A stretch of DNA of 64,000 nt, taken from Lepidodermella squamata (lineage: Eukaryota; Animalia; Gastrotricha). How positions within the stretch are numbered: position 1 is the stretch's first letter; every line of letters starts with the position of its first letter. Positions 27,012-38,178 of this stretch are shown one piece after another. A program made the translations under genes and the position numbers. The stretch is taken from the NCBI GenBank assembly GCA_047495785.1, contig JBLDXI010000010.1:1612001-1676000 (forward strand), in the 5' to 3' direction. The notes beneath the pieces were generated by a model that did no database searches, was not told where the DNA came from, and worked only from the letters and a program-made list of their open reading frames with translations.

Positions 27012-27896
27012 ACTTCTCTCCTACGTCCTACATCAGAACATACGATGAGTTGGTAAGCATAAAACTTGCTGATGGTTACCAGATTATTTACTCACTGTTA
27101 GAGTGTGAAAAACTGACTACTCTTTCGTGTATGAGATGCTTATGTATGCCAATTTTGATGGCGACTGAATCAACACGCATCGAACTCAAATATCGATGAT
27201 GCTAGTCTTGTTAATTACGCTCAGACACTTTTTCAATCTCAACATCCTCAACCCTCAACACATGATAAATCCGAGTATGAATAATAACAACGGTGGCGGT
27301 AAAACGCAACTTTACCACGCCATTCCACAGTCTAATAAAACAGCCTTTTCCCGCATGCAGGTTGAAGGTATGGCTCCATACTCCTTTTCTCTATAATTTT
27401 GTTGCGGGTTGCCGCGGCCCTCCAAACCAGTGCGCGAAGTAGGATCCTCAAACTATTTTATTGCTGGCCCAAATTTTGGCAGTAAAACTCAGTCTCGTCG
27501 CATGGCTCAGAGTAAGCTCACGTGGTTTTTCAAGCCGACATCAGATTTTCCATTGGGCAAGCAAGTCAATTGCCCTAGGGGCAGACACGCTACTATCGGG
27601 CCCTCAGAGAAAAATCCGAAGATGGATCCTTATATGCCCCACATTTTCTGACTCACGCTCGGAAATTCCACAGTTTTGTGCCGTTTTGTGCCATTTTGTG
27701 CCTGAAATAATCAGTTTCTAAAGAAAAAGCCCGATGGAGCATTTCCACAAGGATGATGCCATTGAAAAGTGCGATTTTTCGAAAAATGGGGAGTTTTTGC
27801 ATTTTCACGACCATTTTTTCCGCTGGAACCCGATAACAAGAATTACAGGAATGTTGACCTCACACTAGATCTATCGAATGGCACTTCGAAAACTTC

Positions 27897-28031
27897 ATCA
27901 CTAGAAAAAAATCCGGTTTATTAGCTCAAAAATGCAAAATGCTCTTGCTAATAAACCCTTTGGTGACGGGTTTATTAGCAAGAGCATTTTGAGGGCTTTT
28001 GAGCTAATAAACCGGATTTTTTTCTAGTGAT
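27897..28031. repeat. Foldback inverted repeat (~135 bp hairpin), probable MITE
   Basis: ATCACTAGAAAAAAATCCGGTTTATTAGCTCAAAA...GCTAATAAACCC, 9-nt loop, then the reverse complement with one internal mismatch block. Confidence 0.75.
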
Positions 28032-28661
28032 CATGGTCACGGTGTTATGAAAATAATGCGAGGCAAAACAAATATTAATTTAATTAGGGTTAATTTATGT
28101 TAACTCAACAGCGTTTCTTTGTGCCTTTCGACTTTGGCGGAAAATCGAAATTCCTACTTCGAGACGAGCGAGCCGTGTCGCAAGACCCCTGAGGGGCAAG
28201 GGCACTGGCACTGGCAAACGTCTAAGCTCCACAATCCTCCCAAGCATTCAATTTTCAAGCGTTTGGTAGTGTTTCAGACTGAGTTTGAATGAACCAAAAC
28301 TTTTTGGTCGTGTTTCGTGTTCCGACATGAAACCCGAGTACATTTTCAAGTGATTTGTAGTGCCCAGCACAGAGTTGGTTTGATGGACGGGTTTTCAGAG
28401 TTCAAAGCTTAACGCCGTCGTGAAATTGAACGTTAAAACTACATGCGGGGGACAATGCGTATTCGGAACAAACGGTACAAAATTTCTTTTATTGTCCTCC
28501 GCCTTCGATTAATACAATCAAATTACAACATAAAACCAACAAATTCAACGAAATAACAAGGCACGTATTCAAATAAAGGAGTATGGCGAAGAAGAATACT
28601 GAGGGACCTTATTTAAAGTCAGAATCAGTAATTTGAATTATAATTATAATTCAGTAAAGCT

Positions 28662-29978
28662 TTATATGGTTAATAGGGGCAAAGTATATGCAACTAAACT
28701 TGCAGTAAGGAAAATGACAAGCGAACCAAAATCTAGTGCATCCACCCGATTGAAGTAACTGTTAACGGGCGCCAGCCAAAAATCATGGTAATTAACAGAT
28801 AGCCGGCTTACTACTAGCATATAAAGAGTTATAACGACTCCAATTATTGCCTGTGCAGCGATGCATATCATCAAATGCAGCGATTCGGCAGTTTTCGGGA
28901 TTTCCTGAGCCAGAAGAGTCAGCAGCACTGAAGAGGAAAGGAACAGAGTTGTAGATAGGTTAGCTCTTTCAACGAATTGGCCTGGCATTATCAAGGCTCC
29001 CAACTGTAGAATGCTCAAAGTAACCATAGGTAAGAAAATTGTCGCAGAATAGGCGTGGGGTTTGCGTTTAAAATCGAAGAAGAAGTTAATGGTATCAGCT
29101 AAGCCTGTTTCATTGTTAACATTAGCGAGAGTTCCAAGCTTTTCTAGCAACCAAATGTCCGATTCGTCCATGATCCCCTCGGTCCGATTCTCTAACAGAT
29201 TAGCTCTTTCGAATCCCATCAGAAATCTGTCCATTTCTCGGCTTATTGCGATCGAGAGTTTGCATTGTTGTTTATCGAAAGGAAACCTGTTTTCAACATG
29301 AACTCGGCTTTAAATTGTGTATTACCCCAAGACTCACATTTTTAGATTTAGCGAGCAGATAGAATTGAACTTTCCACCAGTTACCCATGCAAATTGCGTC
29401 CCGTTTATCGAAGGTATAAGGAACAGCTGCCCCTTCCTGAGCAATGATAACTTGCAATGCGATTCACCAGATCAAAATCTCACCTTTCAAACGGATTGAC
29501 AATGTTCCCAGCTGAGTTAGCATGTTTCAATGACGGTAGCCAGACATCCTCGGTTTTTACCTCACAAAACGGACAAGGTATCTCATTCTTGTTCCACTGA
29601 GCGCAAGCGGGCGCGTTCCAGTAGATGCTGAATTCGGCTTCAATTGAGAATCTGTATTGAGGTAAAGCAAAATTAGCCACTTGGGTTAATCCTGCTGGAC
29701 AGATTGTTAATGGAAAATTACGTTTGGTAGTAATCGTCCAGCACGACGTCTCCAAGCGGCTGGAAAACAACTGTAAAACCCAGATACCCCTGGCCTGTGA
29801 ACTTGAATGGTATAGTCGTTCTACTGCTAAGATACGGGCACTTTGCGACCAATTCAGAGCAAAATGAGAACAGGCCGGCATTGTCTGACGGCTTTTGCAC
29901 GAATTCATCAGCAGCGGAACTGTCGCATTTTTTCCAGTGAAATAAGCAAAACCAATAGAAAAGCCTGCTCAAGTTCAT
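28662..29978 (-). CDS. Cys-loop channel subunit A4, 4 exons
   Basis: Start MNLSRLFY at 29978. CSLNLKMFPFDKQQC. Closest to A3. Confidence 0.92.
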
Positions 29979-30934
29979 GTCGCTTCCACAATAATTGAAC
30001 AGGTAGTAGAGAATATGCAAGCTACTCCAATGGCAGGCTGCTTTAATTGTGAGTGCAATAATTTCAAGTCAATATTTACGATTACAATACGAATATTTTT
30101 TCGGATATCTCACCTGAGCATGATTGTCACAAGGAGAAATGTAAAATATTCCGAGCTCATTCTTGTTAAACCTTTGTTTGATAAAGATCTTATAATTCTA
30201 AGGATGGAAAACTGATTCATCATTAAATCAGGTACACAAAATAACAAGTGGGTCAACATAAACTTGTCAAATTGCTTCAGGGATTTATGCGCTTATTTAT
30301 TTTGAAGTACAAACGTTCAGGGTAGGTGAAGAGAAGTCAGAAATACATTTCCATCCCTGGCGGCTCCAGTTTTTACAATCGCACACTCATAATAGAGAAA
30401 ATCAGAGTAAAATCTTCCACTTATCGATGGATGCCAATAATCGAGGCTGGAATTCCATTTCTAACTTCAGTGAATTAGAAACTGACGTTACTGATAACTT
30501 ATTGCGTTATGTGGGATTTAATGGATTTAATGTGGATTCAAAAGGTCTTGCAATATTTTTGCGAATTTGTTTTGTGAATTGCCACTGCACATCTGCCAAC
30601 ATGATGAAGTTTCTTTCGAGCATTGAAAGCAGTCGAAAAATGACTGCCAGCCATTGCGAATTACAACTGAAATAATCCAAGGCTACAGTTTTTTTTAGAG
30701 GATTATTGGAATTGAATATTGGAGCTAATCGATATAGGTGAGTTAACTTAATTCGGAACTGAAATATGCAGAAACTGTGGATTTCAATTTGAAAGAATGA
30801 TAGCTCCAGCTAAAAATAAGGCATTACACTAAAATCGTCATTTAATGCAACAACATGAGTGGTTAATAATATAGCGAAGTGAATATTTCGATAAGGCAAT
30901 ACATTTTTTTCCATCATCCGCAACGGGATTCGCT

Positions 30935-32261
30935 TCAGCTTGTAAGGGAGATGAGCGTTTTAGAGAACAAAATAATGCTGGCAATTAGGAATACTGAAAA
31001 TGCTCCTAAATCGAGGCAATCAATCCTTAGCAGATATCTCGTTACAGCTACTCCCCAGTATTTTCGATACATCGCCGCAAGTCGGCATGTAATCAGAGCA
31101 TACAGAGTTAAGGCTACACCCATAGAAGATTGAACAGTAATACAATCAATGAGATGAAGAGATTCCGATGTTTTCGGTATTTCCCCAGCTAGAAGTGTCA
31201 GCAAGACTGAAGAAGCCAAAAATAACGTAGCCGACATTTCAGAGCGATCGGGGCACTTTGCTGGCATAGCAAACACACCCAGTTGAAGGACGGTCAGTGT
31301 TCCGAGGGGTATGAAAATAGTGACGAGGTAGGCTTCGTGTTTTCGCTCAAAGTTGAATGTGAACTCCATTGTGTTATTCATCTTAGTTTCGTTGTTTGGA
31401 ATGATATTCAGTTCGTGGCCAATCAGGGACCAGATCTCGGATCGATCGAGTAGATACACCATGTTATCATCCACGAAGTCGACATCATTGAAGGTGAGGA
31501 ACTGAGCGTTGATAAAGTACTTTATAGAAATTACGACTTTGCAACTTTGTTTATCGAAAGGAAACCTGTATTGAATATTGAGAAATTTAGAGTAAATTAT
31601 AGTCTGAACCGATAACATTTACTGAACAAAGGTCAAGGAACATGTTGACGTAAATTTGCCGCTTGTTTCAGAAACGGCCAAGCCTGATTCCAAGAGAATG
31701 ATGGTGTCAAATTTTTCCAAAGGATTATGCAATGTTTCGACCCGATTGGCGTGTTTGATCGGTGGCATCCAAATCGTTCCAAATTTGATGATGCACATTT
31801 GCACGGCTCGCATGCCAGATGGCAGATCGTCACGATTTTCCTTCCACTGAGCGCAAGGTGGAAGCTGCCAACCTATTATGAAATTAGCTTCAAGAGAAAA
31901 TCTGGTACAAAAGCAAAATTTTAGGACTTTGTAACACTTAAAACTTGCAGATTTACGTTTGCTCGTAATCGTCCACTTTCAACGCTCCTATAGGAGAGAA
32001 AGCTAGATTCACCTCAATGGCTCCTCCTGATTCAGGTCTCGGAATTGTAGTTGGACTCCTGAGATATGGGCATTTCGATATTAACTTCCCACAGAGGTAA
32101 TCTTCCATAGTTGTATCGTTAGGGGCGAATGCTTCGACTGGATCTGAGGTCGGTGACTGGAATATCGGATCATGAGTCGTTGGCACGTCTAAACTTTCCT
32201 GTGTCTCCGTTTGAGCTTGAGAGCTGAAAGGGCAGATTAACATAAGCAGAAAATGTATCAT
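30935..32261 (-). CDS. Cys-loop channel subunit A'3, 3 exons
   Basis: CSLTFVQFPFDKQSC. TM region nearly identical to A'1 and A'2. Confidence 0.92.
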
Positions 32262-32632
32262 AATTCGTTTTCTCTATGATATAATACCAGGCTACAGTGA
32301 GGGCTGCTATCGTGGTTATTTACTAATCGTTAGACTGTGAAAACACATTATAAATTTTTCGAATCTTTTGTTTGCCTTTGGATGCCTTTGCTTTGGTGGC
32401 ACCTGAATCTGCAAGTATAGGTGATGAATGTCGGTGATGAATCGATTACGCAGAGAGACGCGATAAGCCCAAGAAAAATCTAAAAGTTCAGAAAAAATGC
32501 TTTTTTCTGTTTTTCGTCGATAAGATTTATGGCTTTTTGGTTCCACGTCATTTAGTCTCTTTATCGAATGCTTTATAAAGGCTTTGTTCAACAGTCATGT
32601 TTATTAACTAATTTTGCATCGAATACCAAGGT

Positions 32633-33091
32633 TTACGCTGCGAGAGATCGCCTTGCAATTATCAAATAGCGAAATTTAGTATAGTCAAAAGTGTCACTGA
32701 ACGACAGTTCGCAATTGACGAAAATGCCCTCGTTCCTAAAAAGTTCGACCAGCTCATGGCGGTGGTCGGCGTATTTCGTCTTCGCCTCGTCCTCAGCCGC
32801 TATCGGGGTCCACGCCATCAGTACGTGTTTCGGCCGAATCTTCGTAGTTACCGGATCGCGAATGCGCCAGTTGTAGAGAACGTATAAGCATTCGTCCTGT
32901 GGTAGCAGCTCCGCGAAGTCATTGAACTCATCCGCCATTGTTTCGCCTGATCCATCATCGAATGTATCGACTGCAATTAACAACTCGAAGTTGTCTGCAT
33001 TTTTGTCGATTTTGAGCATCAAATACTCGTAATCTGAGTTTTTGAAGCCTGGTATCACTTCCCGGATACTTTCTGATAGCTCGAAAGGCAT
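32633..33091 (-). CDS. ADF/cofilin-family protein (divergent)
   Basis: YLMLKID, LPQDECLYVLYNW, KHVLMAWTP..A....KTKYA match the ADF-H pattern. 152 aa. Confidence 0.8.
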   Translation of the reverse strand: MPFELSESIREVIPGFKNSDYEYLMLKIDKNADNFELLIAVDTFDDGSGETMADEFNDFAELLPQDECLYVLYNWRIRDPVTTKIRPKHVLMAWTPIAAEDEAKTKYADHRHELVELFRNEGIFVNCELSFSDTFDYTKFRYLIIARRSLAA

Positions 33092-34203
33092 GTTTAAATA
33101 ATCAAATTTGCAGGGTTAAAAATAATGAGCAAGGAGTGAATAGGGATAAGCGGCAAAGTCACCCCATTAAAGTCGTGCGACATGCGCACTCTTTGAAAAT
33201 TGAGAATGTCAACAACCATTTATCGCTCTCGCCGTAAATGAACTCAATAGGAAACAAAGTATGTAGCGCGCTCTTTTCAGCTCGGCAGCAGAAATTGATG
33301 GCTCTAATTTATAGCGATATTGTGCCAATGGCCGAGCCAATATCTTCTTAACTCTTTAGCTACCATCACGTGTGGTGTTAACACGTATGTATAAACACGT
33401 ATGACTAGAAATTGCTGTAGGCCCCATAGCAATAGTTTTTCGAATATGGCTTTGATCTAAAAACGTGCTCAGTCGTTATCAGCGATGAAGTAAATCGCTT
33501 TCCAAACAATTGCATGTACAACACTCTCTAGGTAGCTGAAAAATGTCAAAAGTATGACATTTTTGACGAGGTTCTACAAAATTTGATGTTCCCGCCATAC
33601 TGCGTGCATATAATTCCAATAAATACTGTTTTTTCAACTGATCACATCTTAATAGGACCCGAGTGAAACAACATTTCTAATCGAAGGACTTGGATCGGAT
33701 GCGAAATAATGTCACAGCAAACCCCGTGGTTAGTCATTCCGTGTTAAGACGAGGTCGTCCTGTAGCTAAAGGGTATTATGGCATGATAGTTATGAATTGC
33801 CGCAAATTCAGGGAAAATTGAAATAATTCAGTTGAAATAATTGTATTTAATATGTATTATATTATGTTTAATATAATATAATATAAACAATAATTAACAT
33901 TTGCAAAGTATGCTCTCTGTCTAAAAGTGCCCAAATGCGAAAGATAAATGAGAAAGAAAGCCACGAGGACTATGTATGATTCACTCCACATGAATTTGGT
34001 TTTGTTCTATTGTCAACACGCACCACCAGTTGTAGCTTTTTCCTAATAAAACAAAAAATCAATATGGCGCCTGCGTAAAGAGAACGAGATTCACTTGACT
34101 GATCGTGGTTTTTTCATTCCATCACTTTTATGAATGAATTTAATTAATTTGCCAAGAATTTTGCTCGATTTATTTGTTTCTATTTTCCAAAAGAAGGCGT
34201 TAT

Positions 34204-35634
34204 ATGGCTAGAGCTTTGAAAAAGTTGTGCTGTTATGAAGACAGCTCAATCTGTCTTTTCAATCAGGAAACCAATTTACTCGGAAATCAGCATCAAATCC
34301 TTCAAGATTTCCTGCCACTGGCCCGCAGCAGCTTGCGAGTTCATGGTATAACCTTGAGCCAATCAAAAGAGCTGAGCAAGCCTGCTGAACCCTGGCATAC
34401 TATTGAATTGTGCCGTTACGACAACGACTATCACAAAGCCTCGAATCGGTATTACGTCAATTTCCAGCTAATCAATCGTCGCGATTCTCATCGTATAGAG
34501 AACCAATTCTACTGCCAACTTGTCGAATTTTTGCATGAAAAATTGCTGGAAACTGGCGGGATCGAGTTGGACGCTGCGACGCATATGCTAATTTGGGGTT
34601 GTGTCGAATCGAATTCCTTTCAAATTCTCAAGGACTTTCTCGACCAACATCCTCGCCTAGCTTTGGATTTGAAAATATGTCACTGCTCTTCCGCGACAAT
34701 GCTGATCCGTTCGGTTGACAAATGCAATTCAGAAATGGTTCAGTTACTTCTGAAACACGGCGTCAGGGCAAGATACGATGAGGCTGAAATTAGGAATGAA
34801 TCATGCCCACTGACGAAATGCCTCCACCGGTTCTACGATTTCACCGGGTTTCGCAGTGAAGTACTCGACCTAGATCCAGATGGCCATTGGCGCGAAAAGG
34901 GGCGGAGCTTAGCAGAAATCTTGATTGCGCTCATTGCTCATCGTGATTACGACCTGTTCAAGGCTGAGAAGATCAAAAGCAGCCAGAGTGAAAGTATCAC
35001 TATATCGGGTGCGTTATCTCTGATTTCTCTAGTCGCACTTTTCGGCGGAGAGTTGGCTCTGAAGTTAATCGATGCGCCAGCAACGAGAAAATTCCTCTCT
35101 GAGAATGAATTCGCGTTCTCGCCTCTGAAATTCGCATTCGTCCACTGCATCCTAGCGTATGAACATGCTGATGAGATTGGGAATGAAGTTCGATTCTTGC
35201 CAGTTGAAGATATAGCCAGAATATTCCGTTTTTCGATTGTACCCCTCCTAAGAGCTGGAAGCCGATGTCATAATCTGTACAAGTTTCGCAAATTGCCGTA
35301 TCTACTGCGGCATTCTGATCGAGGTCGTGAATATGCCGAAAAACTATGGCCAGTCTACGATCGAATCGTCGATTTGGTTGTAGAATCCAGCCCTAACTGC
35401 GCTCTCGTTCGGCCGAGAGAAATGCAAGGCATGGCTGTATTGTCTAACGACGAGATGTACTACTTTGACGCAATTCGAGAACGATATCCAAGGTCCCTGC
35501 AGCACCAATGCCGGCATGTCATCACCAGAAACTTGCCTTACGGACTTGAATCTAGGAATAACGCAATCCATTCACTGAAATTACCTGCAACTCTGGAACA
35601 TTATCTTACGTTCCCAGAATTTGAAGTGAAATGA
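34204..35634 (+). CDS. SOCS-box protein with degenerate ankyrin-like helices, intronless
   Basis: C-terminal PRSLQHQCRHVI...IHSLKLPATLEHYL SOCS box, ankyrin-like EMVQLLLKHG. Confidence 0.8.
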   Translation: MARALKKLCCYEDSSICLFNQETNLLGNQHQILQDFLPLARSSLRVHGITLSQSKELSKPAEPWHTIELCRYDNDYHKASNRYYVNFQLINRRDSHRIENQFYCQLVEFLHEKLLETGGIELDAATHMLIWGCVESNSFQILKDFLDQHPRLALDLKICHCSSATMLIRSVDKCNSEMVQLLLKHGVRARYDEAEIRNESCPLTKCLHRFYDFTGFRSEVLDLDPDGHWREKGRSLAEILIALIAHRDYDLFKAEKIKSSQSESITISGALSLISLVALFGGELALKLIDAPATRKFLSENEFAFSPLKFAFVHCILAYEHADEIGNEVRFLPVEDIARIFRFSIVPLLRAGSRCHNLYKFRKLPYLLRHSDRGREYAEKLWPVYDRIVDLVVESSPNCALVRPREMQGMAVLSNDEMYYFDAIRERYPRSLQHQCRHVITRNLPYGLESRNNAIHSLKLPATLEHYLTFPEFEVK

Positions 35635-35916
35635 TTTGTTGAAATAAAATGTGATTTTTTCCTGAGTTTGTCTTATTTTGGCAGGTAGCCATCCTTTTCC
35701 ATGGTCATGTTAACCAAAAAAAGACATGACCTCGAGGTCGAAGCTTATTGATGTTTTTGCGGCTCAGAGCGCGCTGTTTTTGCTGCTTAAGGTTCACGCA
35801 ATAACGCAGAAAAAAGACGCATTAATTCCCTTCTCGTTGAGTTCCCTGCTCACATTTCACACACAATACATCTGGTTGTAAGTTTCTAGGCCTTTTTCTA
35901 CCCGGGTATAGCGAGT

Positions 35917-36576
35917 ATGTCACTTGCTCACGCTTGTTTCCTCATTTTAAGCGCTTTGGCCGCGTATACAATTGCTCAATTTGGACAATGTGCCGGGCCT
36001 TACGGGCAATGTGGCGGCGAGGGTTATTTCGGCCCGCGATGCTGCCCAGATAACTTCGTCTGCACGAAATACAGCGAATACAATTTCCGCTGCGTTCCAG
36101 CTCCACTAGCGAATGGCACCTGGCCTAAATGCCCGTTGAAGTACATCTGCTGCCAGAATTTCCCGCCAGTCTACAACGGGAATAACAACCTACGTTGCTG
36201 CCAGGATTATGGACCTTACGACCCCAGTATTACAAACTGCACTTCCCAAACTGATCAAGTTGTTAAGAGGCCAAGCGCTGAGAGAATCATCGCAAACTGC
36301 CCTCCATTTTACCTCTGCTGCCCTGGCTTGAATCCGGTGCCAAATTTGAGGGGTAACTTGTACTGCTGCCCTGGTATAGGCTACTACGACCCAACCTATC
36401 AAATCTGCCCGCCCGAGACAAATCTGAGGCCGTTGGTTTTCGGAAACTGCCCGATTGGATGGATTTGCTGCGAGGATAACGAACCGGTCCGCAACCACAA
36501 CTCAACCCTCCAGTGCTGCCCGGGCGTTGGCGCCTACAACCCTATTACTACAAGCTGTTCGAGCCTCATCAACTGA
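35917..36576 (+). CDS. Secreted CBM1 (fungal-type cellulose-binding) domain + 3 six-Cys repeats
   Basis: Signal peptide, CAGPYGQCGGEGYFGPRCCPDNFVCTKYSEYNFRC, then three C-x5-CC-x14-CC-x12-C modules. Confidence 0.85.
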   Translation: MSLAHACFLILSALAAYTIAQFGQCAGPYGQCGGEGYFGPRCCPDNFVCTKYSEYNFRCVPAPLANGTWPKCPLKYICCQNFPPVYNGNNNLRCCQDYGPYDPSITNCTSQTDQVVKRPSAERIIANCPPFYLCCPGLNPVPNLRGNLYCCPGIGYYDPTYQICPPETNLRPLVFGNCPIGWICCEDNEPVRNHNSTLQCCPGVGAYNPITTSCSSLIN

Positions 36577-36699
36577 AAAAGACGAAATCCGATATTTAAT
36601 TGACTTCTTCCAAAGTATCTAGGATTAAAATTTCATTTAATAAAACTGAAGTGAGCCATTTTACTGTTTGTTCCAAATGCAAAAATATGAGGTCTTAGA

Positions 36700-37685
36700 T
36701 CACTCGAGGTTATAACTTATAATGGGAAAGTTCAACACATCAGCCATTGAAGGTCTGGTATTAGGATTGCGATCTAGCAGTCGTTGTTCAATGAGACTCC
36801 GATACTCTTGCCCGATCATCCTACCTATTGGCTCAATAGGCTCCCTGAAATCAGCAAAATAGGTGTGATTCTTTGTAAGATCTTTTTACAACTTACACGC
36901 ATATTGCTTTATACATAACGCCGATGTTTGATGCATAAGTAAACTGAGCGAAAAATACTGATATATCAAACATTTCTTGACTTGAAGTAGCTTACTGGAA
37001 GTCGTAGATTTGCTATTTCATATAAGACAATGCCGAATGCCCAAACGTCTGTCTTGTTGTTGTAGTGGCTATCACCACTCACTTCTTTCCAGAGCTCCGG
37101 CGCCATATGAGTCGGAGTGCCTATAAGACCATCATGCTCTAAGTCTCGATCACAACTCTCGCTGGATTTCTTGGCAAAACCGAACCCACCAAGCTTCAAT
37201 CGTCCAGATTCGTCGAGGAATAGGTGTTCGGATTTAATGTCGCGATGAACAAATCCTTGCATGTGGATATGGTTCAGGGCTAACGCGAACTGGCAAGCCC
37301 ATCGAATTTGATCCTGCTCGGGGAAGGCATTGCCGTGGCGAGATTTGATGAGTTTTTTCATTGAGCCGTTGAATAGATCCATTATTATATGATTTACAGA
37401 GCCAATCGCGAAATAACCATGCATCCCAACTATGTATTTGTGCTGGACTTGAGACATTAGATAGCTCTGTGATGGAAACATGTTTAGTAATCATGTGGCT
37501 TTAGAGCAAAATACCTCTTGCTTTGCCAGCCGTTGCATGTCCTCGTCGATTTCCTCGAAATCAACCCTTTTCATGGCGTATAACTGGCCGTCAGCATTTC
37601 CGCGAATTTTGAAAACATTGCCGAAAGCTCCTCGGCCAATGCGCTGCTCGACTGTGAACTGATCTGGCGAAGTAAATTTTGCCAT
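36700..37685 (-). CDS. NEK-like Ser/Thr kinase domain protein, probable pseudokinase, 4 exons
   Basis: Exons 37685-37515, 37466-36996, 36943-36897, 36844-36700. GRGAFG, YAMK, HRDIKSEH, GFG in place of DFG, GTPTHMAPE, DVWAFG, RP. Confidence 0.88.
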
Positions 37686-38178
37686 TCTTGGGTAAACCAC
37701 TCGTAGTAACTGAGCGGCGGTAATTGTTGTTTTAAGATGTCGCCATTTGCGATCGATGCACAGTCTAGATGTGGCACAATCAAAACAATGGCTGGGCACA
37801 CATCAGTCCAAACGTTGCTCATGAATTATGCAAAAAATTCTTGCGCTGTTGGGCTGCTGGCATGAATCGATAATTATCGGGATTTTGCGGCAACCGCGAG
37901 GGCAAATTTTTGCGCTCAAACTTGAATTCATAATTCTACCAGTTGACGTCAAACCGAGGTGAATCCCACCCCAGTATTACCTAAATCGCACTTTCCCGTT
38001 TTCAGGGTTCGCAACCTAAATTTCACTTTTTTCTGATTTAATGACAATGACAGATGTCAAGAGGCTTTTGCGCCATATATGCCAGCAATTTATAAATTAA
38101 ATCGGATTATCAAACAAATCTCTCACTCGTTTTTTCATTCGTGGCAAATTTGAATTTTCTGCATCTAATCTGTCTAAA

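Noticed and set aside
27428-28170. Third hAT-family element beginning CAGTGCGCGAAGTAGGATCC
   Set aside because: The right end is degenerate and no TSD was found, so its boundaries cannot be supported.
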